Assembly (NCBI GenBank): GCA_951406725.2
Contig: OX597817.1
Coordinates: forward strand, 58,900,001-58,964,000
Direction of reading: 5' to 3'
Length of the DNA stretch: 64,000 bases
Source of the DNA: Octopus vulgaris
Lineage: Eukaryota
A model generated the notes under the pieces. It was not told where the DNA came from. It worked only from the letters and a program-made list of their open reading frames with translations, and ran no database searches. Of this stretch, positions 14,146 through 29,275 are shown piece after piece. How positions within the stretch are numbered: position 1 is the first letter of the stretch; every line of letters begins with the position of its first letter. The translations under genes were made by a program, and so were the position numbers.

Positions 14146-14286
14146 TTTATACACCACACAACCCACAGATCCCTATTGATCGAACGTTTTTTTCTTCTTA
14201 GTGTCCCACCCATCCCACCTTGAAAAGAAAAAAACTCTACATTGTATTTCGTCCTGTGTTTAGCCCTGTGTGGCCACAATAAAAAG
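13682..14286 (+). mobile_element. 3' fragment of Tx1/L1-clade LINE inserted in (TATC)n
   Basis: Non-repetitive end of ORF 13394..13984 ([10 protein letters not shown]...[26 protein letters not shown]) resembles a Tx1 ORF2 C-terminus; the 3' UTR ends ctgtgtttagccctgtgtggccacaataaaaag. Confidence 0.6.
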
Positions 14287-14332
14287 TTATCTACCTACCT
14301 ACCTATTTATCTATCTATCTATATATCTATCA

Positions 14333-14369
<37 letters not shown>

Positions 14370-14900
14370 ACTACACACACACATACACATTATTAGTTGA
14401 TTGCCAATAATACAGGAATTGCTGAAGGGCTTGCCATTCACTAGGCACACACACACACACATTGAGTCATATTTCTTGCCTCCATCCCAGGAATTCTTAT
14501 GAAAAACCCCCAACATATTTCATCATTGAAGAAAATCCCTCGTGGTTTCATCTTACACCATTTACTGGGACAAATATTATTTATCGACACGTTTTAAAAA
14601 TATATCGTTGCTTTCAAAATGGCAACCACACTCCATGAAACAATACTCGGATTAAATAAAGACGGCTATTAAAAATGTATGAGCGCATGTGTGCTAGTGA
14701 GTGTGGCTGTGTGTGTGTATGTGTGCTAGTGAGTGTGGTTGTGTGTGTGTGTGGTAGTGGTGTGGGGTGCTCTCGTAGTTACAAGTTAATCCGGCAAACT
14801 CGAATTACAGCTGGTTGAGACAAGACGTGGCTGTTTGTCTATAATGGCAAAGTACGGCCATATCGGCTTGTGTCGCTGATACTGGGCAAGGCCGAACAAA

Positions 14901-15143
14901 CAGGTAGGACTCATGAGTGCAGGTATGGCTCATGAGTGCAGGTATGGCTCATGAGTGCAGGTATGGTTCATAAGTGCAGGTATGGCTCATGAGTGCAGGT
15001 ATGGCTCATGAGTGCAGATATGGCTCATGAGTGCAGGTATGGCTCATGGGTGCAGGTATGGCTCATGAGTGAAGATATGGCTCATGAGTGCATGTATGGC
15101 TCCTGAGTGCCGGTATGGCTCACGAGTGCAGGTATGGCTCATG
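14901..15143. repeat. 19-bp minisatellite array 3 (about 13 units)
   Basis: Same unit; same flanks as array 1. Confidence 0.95.
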
Positions 15144-15210
15144 ACATACGACTGAGTTTAAACTTCAATGTCGTGTTGTATTTCACATATACATTCTCTC
15201 TCTCTCTCTC

Positions 15211-15285
<75 letters not shown>

Positions 15286-15710
15286 TTTAAAATAGTGTAC
15301 ATTTAAACACAAAAGAAAACTACCCTTTAACAGGTAATTTTTACATGCTAGAAGAAGCAGCCAAGACGGCCAAAACCACGATTTAATAGAAATTTTCGAA
15401 GGAATGAAAAATAAAAACTTTTACCTTGTTATTTTTATTTGCTGTTATACCATGGTTTCAAATTCCTTTTGCAAATAATATTATCTGCCACCTTTTAATA
15501 GGTAATTTAACAAACAATATTATCCGCCAGGCGAATTCTTGTCAGTAACCGGCCTCAATAACTAACTTATAATTCAGAGACAAGATAACACGTGTCCCAT
15601 TATTATCTGTTATAATTTTTTGAATAAGTTGTCTATTGACTATATTTATACATGCTAGGTCACTGGTGGTGATATTTATAACGAATATTCGCTACCCTAT
15701 ATATGTATCT

Positions 15711-15786
<76 letters not shown>

Positions 15787-16585
15787 TGTGTCTGTGTCTG
15801 TGTCTGTGTCTGTGTGAGTGTGTGTGAGCATCAGATAGAGATATATATGCATGGAACAGACCACTGCCCCGGGCGGGCGCCACGCACACACTTTCGCTTC
15901 GCCTCTCTATATCCTAGGGTTTTCTTGCATAAAACAATTAAAAGCAATTATATATTTGGTCGTGAATAATGTGAATGGCTTTCTGAAAAATGATTGTGTT
16001 GAATATTTTTATGAGAAGGTTGTCCACAATGGCAGATTCTCTTTCTGCCATGACACCACCACAGCTCAAATACAGATGTATTATTTCTTTATTTCTGTCT
16101 CTTTTTTCCTAAACTACGACGCTCCCTTCTTCTGAAGGACCAATGCAAGAAATACAATATATATATATATATGTACTCCTGTTAAGCAGACCTACGCGAT
16201 ATAGCCATGTCTCATACTTGGGTCTGGTTGCCAAAAAGAAAATAAAATAAAAAGAAGACAACCTAATTTATGAAATATATGTAATTGTATACGCCTGACC
16301 TTGATAAGAATTGGTAGCGATATAATGAAACCATGAAAATTGGTAAAGTTAATGACTACTTGTGCTTTTGGGGAAACTAGTATGTCAAACTTCTATTATC
16401 ATTCACCAATTTAAACTGGTTAATCCTTTTAACTCAGTGCAAACGAATGACATAATATAACGGCAGCGAGTGGGATTCATTTCGTCACCCAGTTACTCTG
16501 TATGTTATGTATGTTATGTGTATGGGTAACACACAATGCACTTGCACACACACAGATGCATATATTTATATATAAGTGCAGTATA

Positions 16586-16617
<32 letters not shown>

Positions 16618-16926
16618 AGAGGAGAACGATAATTATAGCATCAGTATGGCATTTGTTATAAATACACAAACACACACACACACACATATCTATATATATA
16701 CTTTCTTTTTGAGAACAGTGGATCTCGAATCAGAATAAGCTATAAATAACGGCATATAAATATTGGATGAAAATAAAGAACTCTTTGAATGTTAAAAAAA
16801 ATGTAATAAATCAAGTCTGCCTACTGGGTCTGAATCCATATCACTTGCAAACATGAGAGATGCTTTACCATTGGACCAAAGTAATTCTTTGAATTTCCCT
16901 CACCATTTTAGAAAATTTATTCTTAC

Positions 16927-17143
16927 TTATTTCTTTACTGCCCACAAGGGACTACACAGAGAAGGGACAAACAAGGACAGACAAACGGATTAAGTCGATT
17001 ATATCGACCCCAGTGCGTAACTGGTACTTATTTAATCGACCCCGAAAGGATGAACGGCAAATTTGAACTCAGAACGTAGCGACAGATGAAATACTGCTAA
17101 GCATTTCGCCCGGTGTGCTAACGACTCTGCCAGCTCGCCGCCA
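16927..17143 (-). mobile_element. SINE family B with 18-bp TSD
   Basis: Flanked by tagaaaatttattcttac (16909-16926) and tagaaactttattcttac (17144-17161). Confidence 0.85.
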
Positions 17144-18070
17144 TAGAAACTTTATTCTTACCGGCGAGAATTGTATGTCGTTGACGTCATAAGAATTTTT
17201 AAAACTTCGAAAGAACGTGAAATAATTTTCTTTTTGAACGCCTGCTATTTTTACAAGGAATATGGGCTCCTGTCTTTCGGCAGCTTTCTACTTTTTTTTT
17301 TATTTTACACATTTTAAATTTCATTTCCATAAAACACCATATCCATAAGCTTTATTTAGTTTCACAAATGGCTTTTAATTATATTGTAGTGGGCACAAAC
17401 ATTTAGATCAGTTTCAATAGATTTGGGATGTATTCAACGAGTTCATAAACCTATTTACTGATTATTTGCCACAGGGAACTTTTCTTGCTTTTAACGGATG
17501 TTAATAACAACAGCCATACCGAAGCGCGATCTCTCGGCAGGACGACGAATGCTCTTCTAGCTCCTTGGCTGCCGGGAGAGGGCGCCTTGAAATAATCATT
17601 GGTGTTTTTTCAACATCTATTGCCTATAGCGAGAAAGGTTCTCCATGGTAAATAAACAGTCTTTGTACACATCAAATATGTCCCTAACCTATTTGATCTG
17701 ATCAAAATGTTTCTTTTATTTGTAATCGTTTAGAAACAATCTCCTTTTGACATCGTTTCAACAAATACAGATATTCATAATGGCGGCCTATTGTTCTGAA
17801 AAACAATTCTCTGTACTGTAGTCTCATGATTCCCTGGTCTGTCTCATTGCTTTATACCCATTTCAAACTTTTCTTGTTTCAGTCAATGGACCGCGGCCAT
17901 GCTGCAACACTGCTTTGAACAGTTTATTCGAACAAATTGCCCCCAGTACTTACTTTATGAAAGCCTGGTATTTCTTTTATTGTTCTCTTTCGCCGAATTA
18001 CTAAGTTCAGAGGATGTGAACAAACTAACACCGGCTGTCAATCGGTGGTGTAGTGAGGACCGACAAACAG

Positions 18071-18144
<74 letters not shown>

Positions 18145-18523
18145 GTCGGTCTTATACAACATTTCCGCTTACTAAATTCACTCAAAAAGAATTGATCGTT
18201 TCAGGGTTACAGTCGAAGATACTTGCCAAAGGTGCCACGCAGTGGGACTGAACCCAGGACCACGTGACTGCAAAGCTAGCTTCTTAGCCGCCCAGCTATG
18301 CTCACACTCATATTTGCTAAACAATTTTAATTGGTTTAAAGACAAAATCTTTCTTCTGTGCTGCAGTAAATGCTGCAGACGCTCAGCATTTCCAAAGTTC
18401 TTTGATGATAAAGACGTCTCTGAAGAGCTCCCATTCAGGAGGTGGTATTGAAAGAAAATATTTCCTATGCAGTGCTCTGTGAAACGTGACCGATAACAGT
18501 GAACAACAACAACAATAGTAACA

Positions 18524-18582
<59 letters not shown>

Positions 18583-18601
18583 TGATGATGATGATGATGA
18601 T

Positions 18602-18988
<387 letters not shown>

Positions 18989-19000
18989 TAATTATTATTA

Positions 19001-19063
<63 letters not shown>

Positions 19064-19079
19064 ATTATAACAATAATAA

Positions 19080-19824
<745 letters not shown>

Positions 19825-19985
19825 GTCTTCTATAATAGCCCCGGACCTACCGATGCCTTGTGAGTGGAATTAATTAGTGGATGGAAACTATGCTGAAGCC
19901 CGCCGTATATGTATGTATATATATATGTATATGTGTGTGTGTGTGTGTATCTGTGTGTGTCTGTGTCTGTGTCTGTGTCTGTGTG

Positions 19986-20078
<93 letters not shown>

Positions 20079-20330
20079 ATAGTAAAGTTTCATTGTTTAT
20101 TGTATATGCAGTAGTCAGAAGTGCTCAGATAAAAGATCCGAGACGCAAAGGTATAAAAGAATGTTAAAGAGAATTTCAGATAAGGTTCAACAATTTAATC
20201 ATACATATATTCTGCCATAGATCAATGCGTATCCGTTTTTAAAACATACCAGTGTATCAGCCCTTAAAATATTAAAACATATTAAAAAATTCATGAATAC
20301 ACAAATAGATAAAAATCTGATATACATATA

Positions 20331-20493
20331 GGCGCAGGAGTGGCTGTGTGGTAAGTAGCTTGCTAACCAGCCACATGGTTCCGGGTTCAGTCCCACTGCG
20401 TGGCATCTTGGGCAAGTGTCTTCTACTATAGCCCCGGGCCGACCAATGCCTTGTGAGTGGATTTGGTAGACGGAAACTGAAAGAAGCCTGTCG

Positions 20494-20534
<41 letters not shown>

Positions 20535-20754
20535 TTGTGTGTCTGTGTTTGTTCCCCTAGCATTGCTTGACAACCGATGCTGGTGTGTTTACGGTCCCCG
20601 TCACTTAGCGGTTCGGCGAAAAGAGACCGATAGAATAAGTAGTGGGCTTACAAAAAGAATAAGTCCCGGGGTCGAGTTGCTCGACTAAAGGCGGTGCTCC
20701 AGCATGGCCGCAGTCAAATGACTGAAACAAGTAAAAGAGTAAAGAGTAAGAGTA
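20331..20754 (+). mobile_element. SINE family A, full length, with internal (TA)n(TG)n
   Basis: tRNA-like head with A box tggctgtgtgg and B box gggttcagtccc; 3' (gtaaaaga)n tail; near-identical to 46829-47224. Confidence 0.9.
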
Positions 20755-21014
20755 TACAAATAGATGAGTGAAATTAGGTTAGAACGGCGTTGTAAAAATT
20801 GTTAAGAATAAAAAGAATGCCCTTACAAAAAGGTGAATAAAGTAAAGTCTTTCAAAGAGCGAATAAAAGGACACCATAGAGTTGAGGTTGGAATATTTCA
20901 AAAAACATGTAAATAATCCGGGAGAATAAGTAATGCCACTTGGGGCGGACCGAGCCCTCGTCTTCCACTCGCAGTTATGCTATTGGCAATAAGGTTTATA
21001 TTACTGTAACACTG

Positions 21015-21310
21015 TATCGACCAGACTATCAGATGTTGTTATACATCGCTGGTCACAATTCGCTTCCATTTCTTTCTTGACTGCGCCATTCTTTTCCATC
21101 TTGGTCCAAATCGCTTAACCAAATCGTCTTCCCATCGTCGTAAGGGGCTTTTCAGTGACCTTTTCCCGACATCTTTGATACAACTGCACGGGTCCACCGG
21201 TTGTCAGTGAACTTTGTAATGTGTCCGACCCAGCGGGACCTGTGTGTTTCGGTCTTCTGCGAGCACATTGCTCCAACCTCTTACGAAAATGTTATCTGCT
21301 CGTTTCAGCG
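21015..21310 (-). mobile_element. 3' fragment of RTE-clade LINE
   Basis: Minus translation RWVGHITKFTDNRWT...LRRWEDDLVKRFGPRWKRMAQSRKKWKR, typical of an RTE C-terminus. Confidence 0.75.
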
Positions 21311-23399
21311 AGACAGTCTTGTCGTAGGGCCAGTTGTCCGGTCCTTTGTAGCTTGGGTGGACCATCCACAACATGCACACCACTGCTATAGCTACCGATC
21401 AACTATTGCTACTGTTACACTAGTACGAGGTACTGAAGTCGGCTTTCGCAACAGAGTGGTTTCCATAAAGACTTGTAAAGTAGAAATAATAATAATAAGG
21501 AAAAGAAGTGACAAAGAAATTATAACAAACAACATTTTGTTCCCTATGATAAGGACAGCTGCGTAAGGCCAATCAAGGAAAGCCCTCAAAATGACCACCA
21601 CCTACAGTTTCCAAGCCTACAGGAGCGTGCTCAGGGTAAGCCTATTCACATGCACCATATTTGCTATTCTCACCTACTTTTCGACAAAATTGCTGTGGAA
21701 TGGCACCTCCCTTTCCACTCCCACCTTCATTCCCTTGGGAAACCTAAAAAAGATGAATGCTTGGACGATGAGAAAAGTATCTGTATTCAGTTCTATTAGT
21801 CTTGTCCACCATATAACGACTTTTTCCACGGCCTCTAGACAGAAGTAAAGTGCCTGTTCTTTCCGGTTAAAGAAAGACGAAGAGGTGATTTGCGAGAATT
21901 AATTTAAAATAATAAATGCGCCCTTTTAAAGCCTAGCCAGGCTCATGGGCCCGGTCTCCCGGTTTCTATGGCGTATGTATTCCCTAGTTGGACGGGACGC
22001 CAGTCCATCGCAGCGTTACTCATTTTTGCCAGCTGAGTGCAGTGGAGCAACGTGAAATGAAGTGTTTTGCTCAAAAACACAACGCGTCGCCCGGATCTGC
22101 GAGAATAGAGATCTGATAAAACTCCACAAATCAGCATTGCTAGGACATTGAACGATTGTGAGCAAACCGGTTTCTTAGTTCTGTGCAGAACTCGAAGAGA
22201 CCCAGCTGACGGCATCTCCGTGTCTGTAGAGTTTGTCTCAAACCTGCAATGCCACTCAGTAGCATTTCCAGCTCAGCGATCTCTGTAAGTTGTTTATATA
22301 ATCTGGGCCGAAAGTTCTCTGGAACAAACTAACCAATTGATTCACGTCAGTGACTAGACTTTCTCAGAGAACGTCGTCGCTCTTCCCCGCCATTACTTGT
22401 CCTCCACCGCCAGCAGCCCTCTACAGAATGAGGACTACTGATTGTTATGATAAATGTCAAAAGAAAATCAAGAATAATTAAAGATGACAGCCGCTACGCA
22501 TGTGTCACAGAAGTATTTCGCTGAGCACCACAAATATCAGCTGTTTGTTTTATGGTTTATACAAGCCATCCCCAAGTGGGATCGCGTAAAAATATAGGGG
22601 TTCGCGGGTGCAATTGAGATTTTTTATTATTTATTTTATATTCTATCTTTACTATCATTATTTGCTGGTTATTGCAGTTTTTCCTGCAAAAAATAAAACT
22701 CTAAGAGCGTACATTTAGAAACGAATTCTCAAATATAAATTTCACAAAGATCTAACCAAAAATGTCACCAAATTAAAATAATGGCATTGTGCTTCCTATT
22801 TTAATTCTAACTCCACGTGATTAAGGAACAGCTACGGTGACGCCTTCCCTCTAAAATGATTTCAGATAATAGAAATATGCCACTTGTTTAACTAAAATAT
22901 TTACTTTCATGGCTACTCGATTTTTACCGCAAGTTATTTTAATTTGTACTTTAATATCAAGTTTTTTTGCATCATAGATTCAGATAAAACTGAAGATAAC
23001 ACATAACTCCGCTTAGACTACTATTTCACAACCTATTTTCCCCCAGGCCCTACTATAACTTTGCAGAAAAATGTATGCCCTATTTGTTGGGGAAGAACAA
23101 GTTTATTTTTAACATTTTAGCACAATTAAGGCGACGAGTTGGCAAAACTGCTAGCACGCCGGACAAAATGCTTAGCAGCATTTGGTTCGTCTTTACGTTC
23201 TGAGTTCAAATTTCACCTCTTCGGGGTCGATAAAATAAGTACCAGTTGCGTACTGAGGTCGATGTAAACGACTTACCCCGCTTCCCTGAATTCGCTGACC
23301 TTGTGCCAAAATTTGAAAGCAATATTTTATCAGAATTATTCAATACAAAAGAATCTTTTGTTTAAATTTACTAACAATAAACTTATTTTTAAAAGTGTT

Positions 23400-26300
23400 A
23401 CTTTAAAAAAATCGAGAAACTGTAACCCCTTTTTTGCCAACAATACGGAACTAAAAATGATAGCTTCGAACTGTGATGATCCCAAATCAGTTCCTTTGTT
23501 AAGCGTGATCTTCTTTGTGACCTACTCAAAGATTGTCACAGTAGTACCCACATATAATCAAGTGAAAGACAAAATTCTTTGCTCATGGGATAAGTAGTTG
23601 AATTTATCAAAGCATAAAGCCACAGAAAATAATGATGAAGATGTAATTGAAGTACTTCAAACTTCAATGAGTATTAGGAACTGGTCTGTAAGTAACCCTC
23701 TGTGTAAAGAATGAGTCTTATTTGCAATATGGATTTGCTTTTACTTTAAAAAACAATAAAGAAATGTTTGTCTGCCTAATTTGTGGCAATAATTTCGCGA
23801 CAGAGAGCATAAAACCTATAGAATTAAAAAATATATTTTAACTTAAGATAGTCCTTCTATAGCATCAGTAAGCGTAGAAGTTTTTTAAAAGACTATCGGA
23901 ATTTGTCAGTACACAGAAGCAATCTCTTGAGATCTCTATTTACAATATAAACGGTGAGATACTTGGGGAAATCTTTTGAACCTCTTTATTGAAGTACAAG
24001 GATCCGTGAAAAACATGTATAACCAGTACCGATTAAAATGACAAAAATTACTTACGGGAAAATTGCAGATGAATTAACGGACATTCCTCTGTCAGATAGT
24101 TGTAAATAGTAGTCGTATTTCTGAAATTAATGTTGACCAAATAGAGCAACTTATTGAAAGAATTTTAAAAAGCTCGAAACTTTCAATTCAACTGGATAAA
24201 ATGACCGACATTACAAACTCTGTACTATGACTGGGATTACGTCGGAGACTGTTTTTGTAAAGTAACACCGATGAAGACCTTTTTCTGAAGATCATTAGAT
24301 GGACGCACTAAAGATGAAATTATTTTTCAAGAAGTAGACTATTTTATTCGGAGAAGTAGGCCTTTAAAGCAATAACTGCGTTAGAGCATGTACTGATGGT
24401 ACATAATTTAGGGGCAAAAATTGGATTTCACGTTAAAAGTTAAATCTAGAAGCAAATATCTTAATACTTCCCTCATTGCAGGATTCACTGAGAGACTTTA
24501 GTGTCTAGAAAAATTCTATAGAACTAAATGTAGTATTACAAGAGGCAGTTAAAATGATTAAGTTTATTAAAAGTCGTGCATTCAGTGATCAACTCATCCC
24601 AAGTCTCTGTAACGATATGGAATATAATTTCAGCAAACTTTTTAAATGAGAATCAAAGAGCGATGGTTCTCAAATGGACGGGCTTTGAAACGGTTAAAAG
24701 AATTCTAAAAAATGAAAACATTATATTCTTGTCGGGACAAAATTCAGACTTGGTTAATTTGTGCATGCAAATTATGCTAATTGTTGGATGTTCTTGGATA
24801 CCTTAATGAACTTAATATGTCTCTACAAGAAGAGAACATGTTGTCGAATCTGAAATGCAAGCTTTCATTTAAAAACAAAAATTAAATATGGAAATATAAA
24901 ATAGAAAATGATAAATAAGAAATGTTGAAAAAAGTATTGAATTTAATACATTGATCATTTGGAGGGTTTGAAAAGTAACTCCTAGAAATATTTTGTCGCA
25001 TTTAGACAATAAACTATTATATTGGAGCCAAATCTATTCACGGTTAAAAAAAGTGCATTAAGCATTTACCATTAAGAGATGAAGAAGAATACAAGGTGGT
25101 ATCAAAAAGTTCCCAGATTAGTTATGTTTAGTAAAAAAAAAAGACTTATTTACGTAAGTTTTAACATCATCCTCTTCCGAATAGTCACCTTGTGCAACAT
25201 TCCTGTCACGTGTCCCAGCATTCTTGCCACTTTTGGGACCCGGCCTGGGAGTCATTTTCCGTAAGCGAGTCGAGGATCTTCTGCGATTCACTCTGGAGCT
25301 CGACAACGGTATTAAAACGGAGACCTTTGAGCTACCTTTTCATCTTGAGGAAGAGATGGAATTCCGCAGGCGCTAAATCTGGCGAATAAGGCGGATGTGG
25401 AAGCGACACCATGTTGTTTTTGACGAGAAACTCACCATTGAGGAGAGGTCAGTGACAGGGTACGTTATCGTCGTGAAGAATCCAGTTCTTCGCACTCCAC
25501 AGATCCGGTCGTTTCCTCCAAATGGCCTCCCTCAAATGCTTCAAAATGTCGCAGTAGAACTCTCGATTGATGATCTGGCCCTGGGGGTCGAATTCTCGAT
25601 GCACAATACTACGGATGTCGAAAATAACGAAGAGCGTGCCTTTTGATTGAGCTGCGGTTCTGTGATGCCTTCTTCGGTCATCGAGGTGAATGCTTCTTCC
25701 ATTGTGACCACTGCTGCTTCGTTTCAGGGTCGTACGCGTAGACCCACCTCTCGTACCCGGTGATGGCCCTCGACATGAAGGATGGGCCATCAGTGGCACA
25801 CTAACAGAGATCTTGACAAACTTCGACGCGATGTTCTTTCTGCTCAGCGGTCAGCAGGCGGAGGACAAACTTGTCACAGACACGTCGCATGTTCAATTCG
25901 AACGTTAGAATAACCTGCACAGACCCTTACGACAGACCAACATCACCAATGTCGTTGATTGTCCTCCGTCGATCCTCAAGCACAAACTGATGACTTTTCC
26001 CCACATTTCCGGGGTTGACGCTCGTGACAGGTCTCCCAGATCGCTCATCGTCTTCCAGGGATATTCTTCTGCTCTTAAAGCGCCCGTGCCACACGGCACA
26101 TTGCGTATGACCCATTGTCTCGTCGCTGTAAGCTTGCTGAAAAATGCTCAATGTCTCTGCAGCAGACTTTCCAAGTTCAACGCAAAGTTACACGTTAGCC
26201 CTTTTTTCAGACTTCTTGTCCATGAGAAAATCGCAGACTACAGCATACACGTGATCACAAAAGCTAATTTCACAACCCGAGAAGTAGACACAAGCATGTC

Positions 26301-26720
26301 ACTTGGCACTCAGCCTCATGAAGGTCACTGCAAGCTCTCACTGCACATGAAACCGTGTGTTGCTATCTGTTGGCACACTGCAAGTAGTTCGGGAACATTT
26401 TGATATCACCTCGTATGCAGAAATTTCAAGTGATTCAACTCTGAGATCTGATTCCTCTAAGAAACCTTGAATGCTTTAACCTTGGTGTTCCTGCTAAATC
26501 TTCCAACTATTTGGAATTAGCGATGGAAACCCTTTTACAGTTTGTCAAAAAGAATTTGTTAGAATCAACATTTTCGGTGATATCTGGAATTAACAAAAAA
26601 ATCGCTTCAACATCAGGAACATTGTAAAAGTCTTGAAACTAGCATTAACAAATATTACACAAAGATTTGATTTGCTGTGCAAAAAAGAAACAAGTTCACC
26701 CTTCTCACTAAAGATGTTTT
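23400..26720 (+). pseudogene. Decayed hAT (Buster/Charlie-like) transposase, interrupted by a mariner
   Basis: Motifs across frameshifts: FSIQLD.MTDI (about 24180), CTDG (about 24390), HC.IH.E (about 24475), VLQEAVKMIKFIKSRA, RWFS, and ESTFS (about 26562) after the insertion; ends approximate. Confidence 0.75.
25092..26413 (-). mobile_element. Full-length mariner element with decayed transposase
   Basis: TIRs caaggtggtatcaaaaagttccc / gggaacattttgatatcacctcg, TA on both sides, 1322 bp; motifs EDDERSGRP, LHDDNVPCH, YSPDLAP. Confidence 0.92.
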
Positions 26721-27498
26721 TTTTCTATTTGTATCTAAAAATTGAGAAATGTTATTTTGTAAAAATAAAAAAGAAACGAGGAATACGACAAATTCCGACA
26801 TTTTCTGCTCGAGGAATAAAAGATTTTCTTTAATATTTTTACATTAAAACTGATTTTGAATTTTATTCATTTGTTTAGAGAAAATCGTTTGTTTGTTTTC
26901 AGATGTTTTTTTTTCTGTTCTTTCAATAAAAAAACATTTTTTGTATATTTTTTGTATTAGTTTTTAAAACCATTTTACATATATTTTATATTAGCATTGT
27001 AGATTTTCAATTTGATTTTTTTAAACCTCAATAACTGCGACTGATTGTAATTTATTGGAATTCTTGACCGAAAAATACCAAATTATATTTGAAGAAAATA
27101 AATTATTATGCTTTATTTATTGTTGTTACATATATATCAATAACTTCCTTTAATTCGGAGTCAGCCATTTTACAAATGAAAAAAACTACAAAGTTTCTTT
27201 CTTCGGAAAGAATAAACAATTCTTTCTACAATAGGCACAAGACCTGAAATGTTAATGGGAGGGGCCTAAGCGATTAGATCGACACTCGTGCAGAAACAGG
27301 AACTTACTTCAACCATTCTAAAAGCGATGAAAGGCAAAGTCGACCTAAGCATCATTTGAGAAGAAGTGGAAGTTACGCCGATATTCACTGTGTGTCCGGC
27401 CGGTAACAACTCTGCCAGCTCACCGACTTATGACGTGTACTATATTCAATTTAATATAATTGCATCATATATATATATATATATATATATGATGCAAT

Positions 27499-27534
<36 letters not shown>

Positions 27535-27612
27535 TATATGTATATATATGCATATCACATATATATTATATTATATATATGTATGCATATATATACATGT
27601 TATATATATCAC

Positions 27613-27666
<54 letters not shown>

Positions 27667-27710
27667 CATATAAACGTAATATATGTATATGTGTTTGTAT
27701 GTATATATAT

Positions 27711-27927
27711 ACTCTTTTACTTGTTTCAGTCATTTGACTGCGGCCATGCTGGAGCACCGCCTTTAGTCGAGTAAATCGACCTCAGGACTTATTCTTTGGA
27801 AGCCTAGTACTTATTGTATCGGTCTCTTTTGCTGAACCGCTAGGTTACGGAGACGTGAACACACCATCATTGGTTGTCAAGCGATGTTGGGGGACAAACA
27901 CAGACACACAAACACACACACACACAC

Positions 27928-27996
<69 letters not shown>

Positions 27997-28165
27997 TATA
28001 TACGACGGGCTTCTTTCAGTTTCCGTCTACCAAATCCATTCACAATGCTTTGGTCGGCCCGCGGCTATAGTAGAAGACACTTGCCCAAGGGGCCGCGCCG
28101 TGGAACTGAACCGAAAACCGTGTGGTTGGCAAGCAAGCTACTTACTACACAGCCACTCCTGAGCC
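27711..28165 (-). mobile_element. SINE family A
   Basis: Reverse-complement homolog of 20331-20754. Confidence 0.85.
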
Positions 28166-28170
28166 ATATA

Positions 28171-28247
<77 letters not shown>

Positions 28248-28260
28248 GTATATATATATG

Positions 28261-28295
<35 letters not shown>

Positions 28296-28361
28296 GTGTG
28301 TATATATATATATGTGTATATATATATATGTGTGTATATATATATATACATACACATATAT

Positions 28362-28394
<33 letters not shown>

Positions 28395-28398
28395 TATG

Positions 28399-28450
<52 letters not shown>

Positions 28451-29073
28451 GTATGTATACATATGTGTGTGTTTGTATATATACATATATATATATATGT
28501 ATATATGTATATATATATGTTTGATATGTAATACAATATAATGATTTATTTGATATGTATATATATATTATATTTAATATAAAACATAAAGTATTCACTG
28601 TATATATATATATATGCACACATACATACATATATAGAGAGAGAGTGACTGACGGAGAGAGAGGGGGTGAGAGAGGAGAGAGGAGAGAGAGAGCGAAAAA
28701 GAGCACCAGGTGGCGTCTTTGTAGAGTCCTCCTTGAGAATATTACTCCCTCCACGTCTGCATATCTCGCTCATTGTGTTATTTTAGTAGACTTCACTGCA
28801 CGATACACAAACAAAATATTAAAAACATAGAATATATGAAAATGAGGAAACAGTAACGCAAAACCAGGCTACGTAAAAGTACACATCATCTGGTTTGTAT
28901 GGAGACGATGGCTTCCTTCAGCTCTTTTTAATGTGAAGTTTCTGGTCGTGCCCAATCAAATGAAATTACACTCTCTTGTCCTAATCCTTAAAACCATAAA
29001 ACCATAGGAACTTGATGAGAAATAATATTTTGGCTAACCTAATTATTCCATAACTATTATGTGAGTATCCATT

Positions 29074-29142
<69 letters not shown>

Positions 29143-29275
29143 TTCCATAACTACTAGGTATGTATAAACTTAGATAAACTTAGATATGTTTCGACCAAAG
29201 ATTGGTCCAGGCCATGTCTAACTTAATAGCACCACATGATAGGATTATTCGAATCCTGTTTAAGTCAAGTTTTGT

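Noticed and set aside
10020-15143. CRISPR-like or coding interpretation of the 19-bp arrays
   Set aside because: Units are contiguous with no unique spacers, there are no cas-like ORFs, and stops occur in all frames
20331-20410. tRNA gene
   Set aside because: A and B boxes are present, but this is the head of a multi-copy SINE with no convincing cloverleaf
27366-28830. Long YI/CV/HT-rich ORFs here and throughout the window (also poly-D, poly-I, SIYL types)
   Set aside because: Translations of (TA)n, (CA)n, (CAT)n and (TATC)n microsatellites
28892-28915. GLYGDDG, resembling a PLE RT GLYRDDG motif
   Set aside because: No supporting RT motifs in the flanking translation; too short to call
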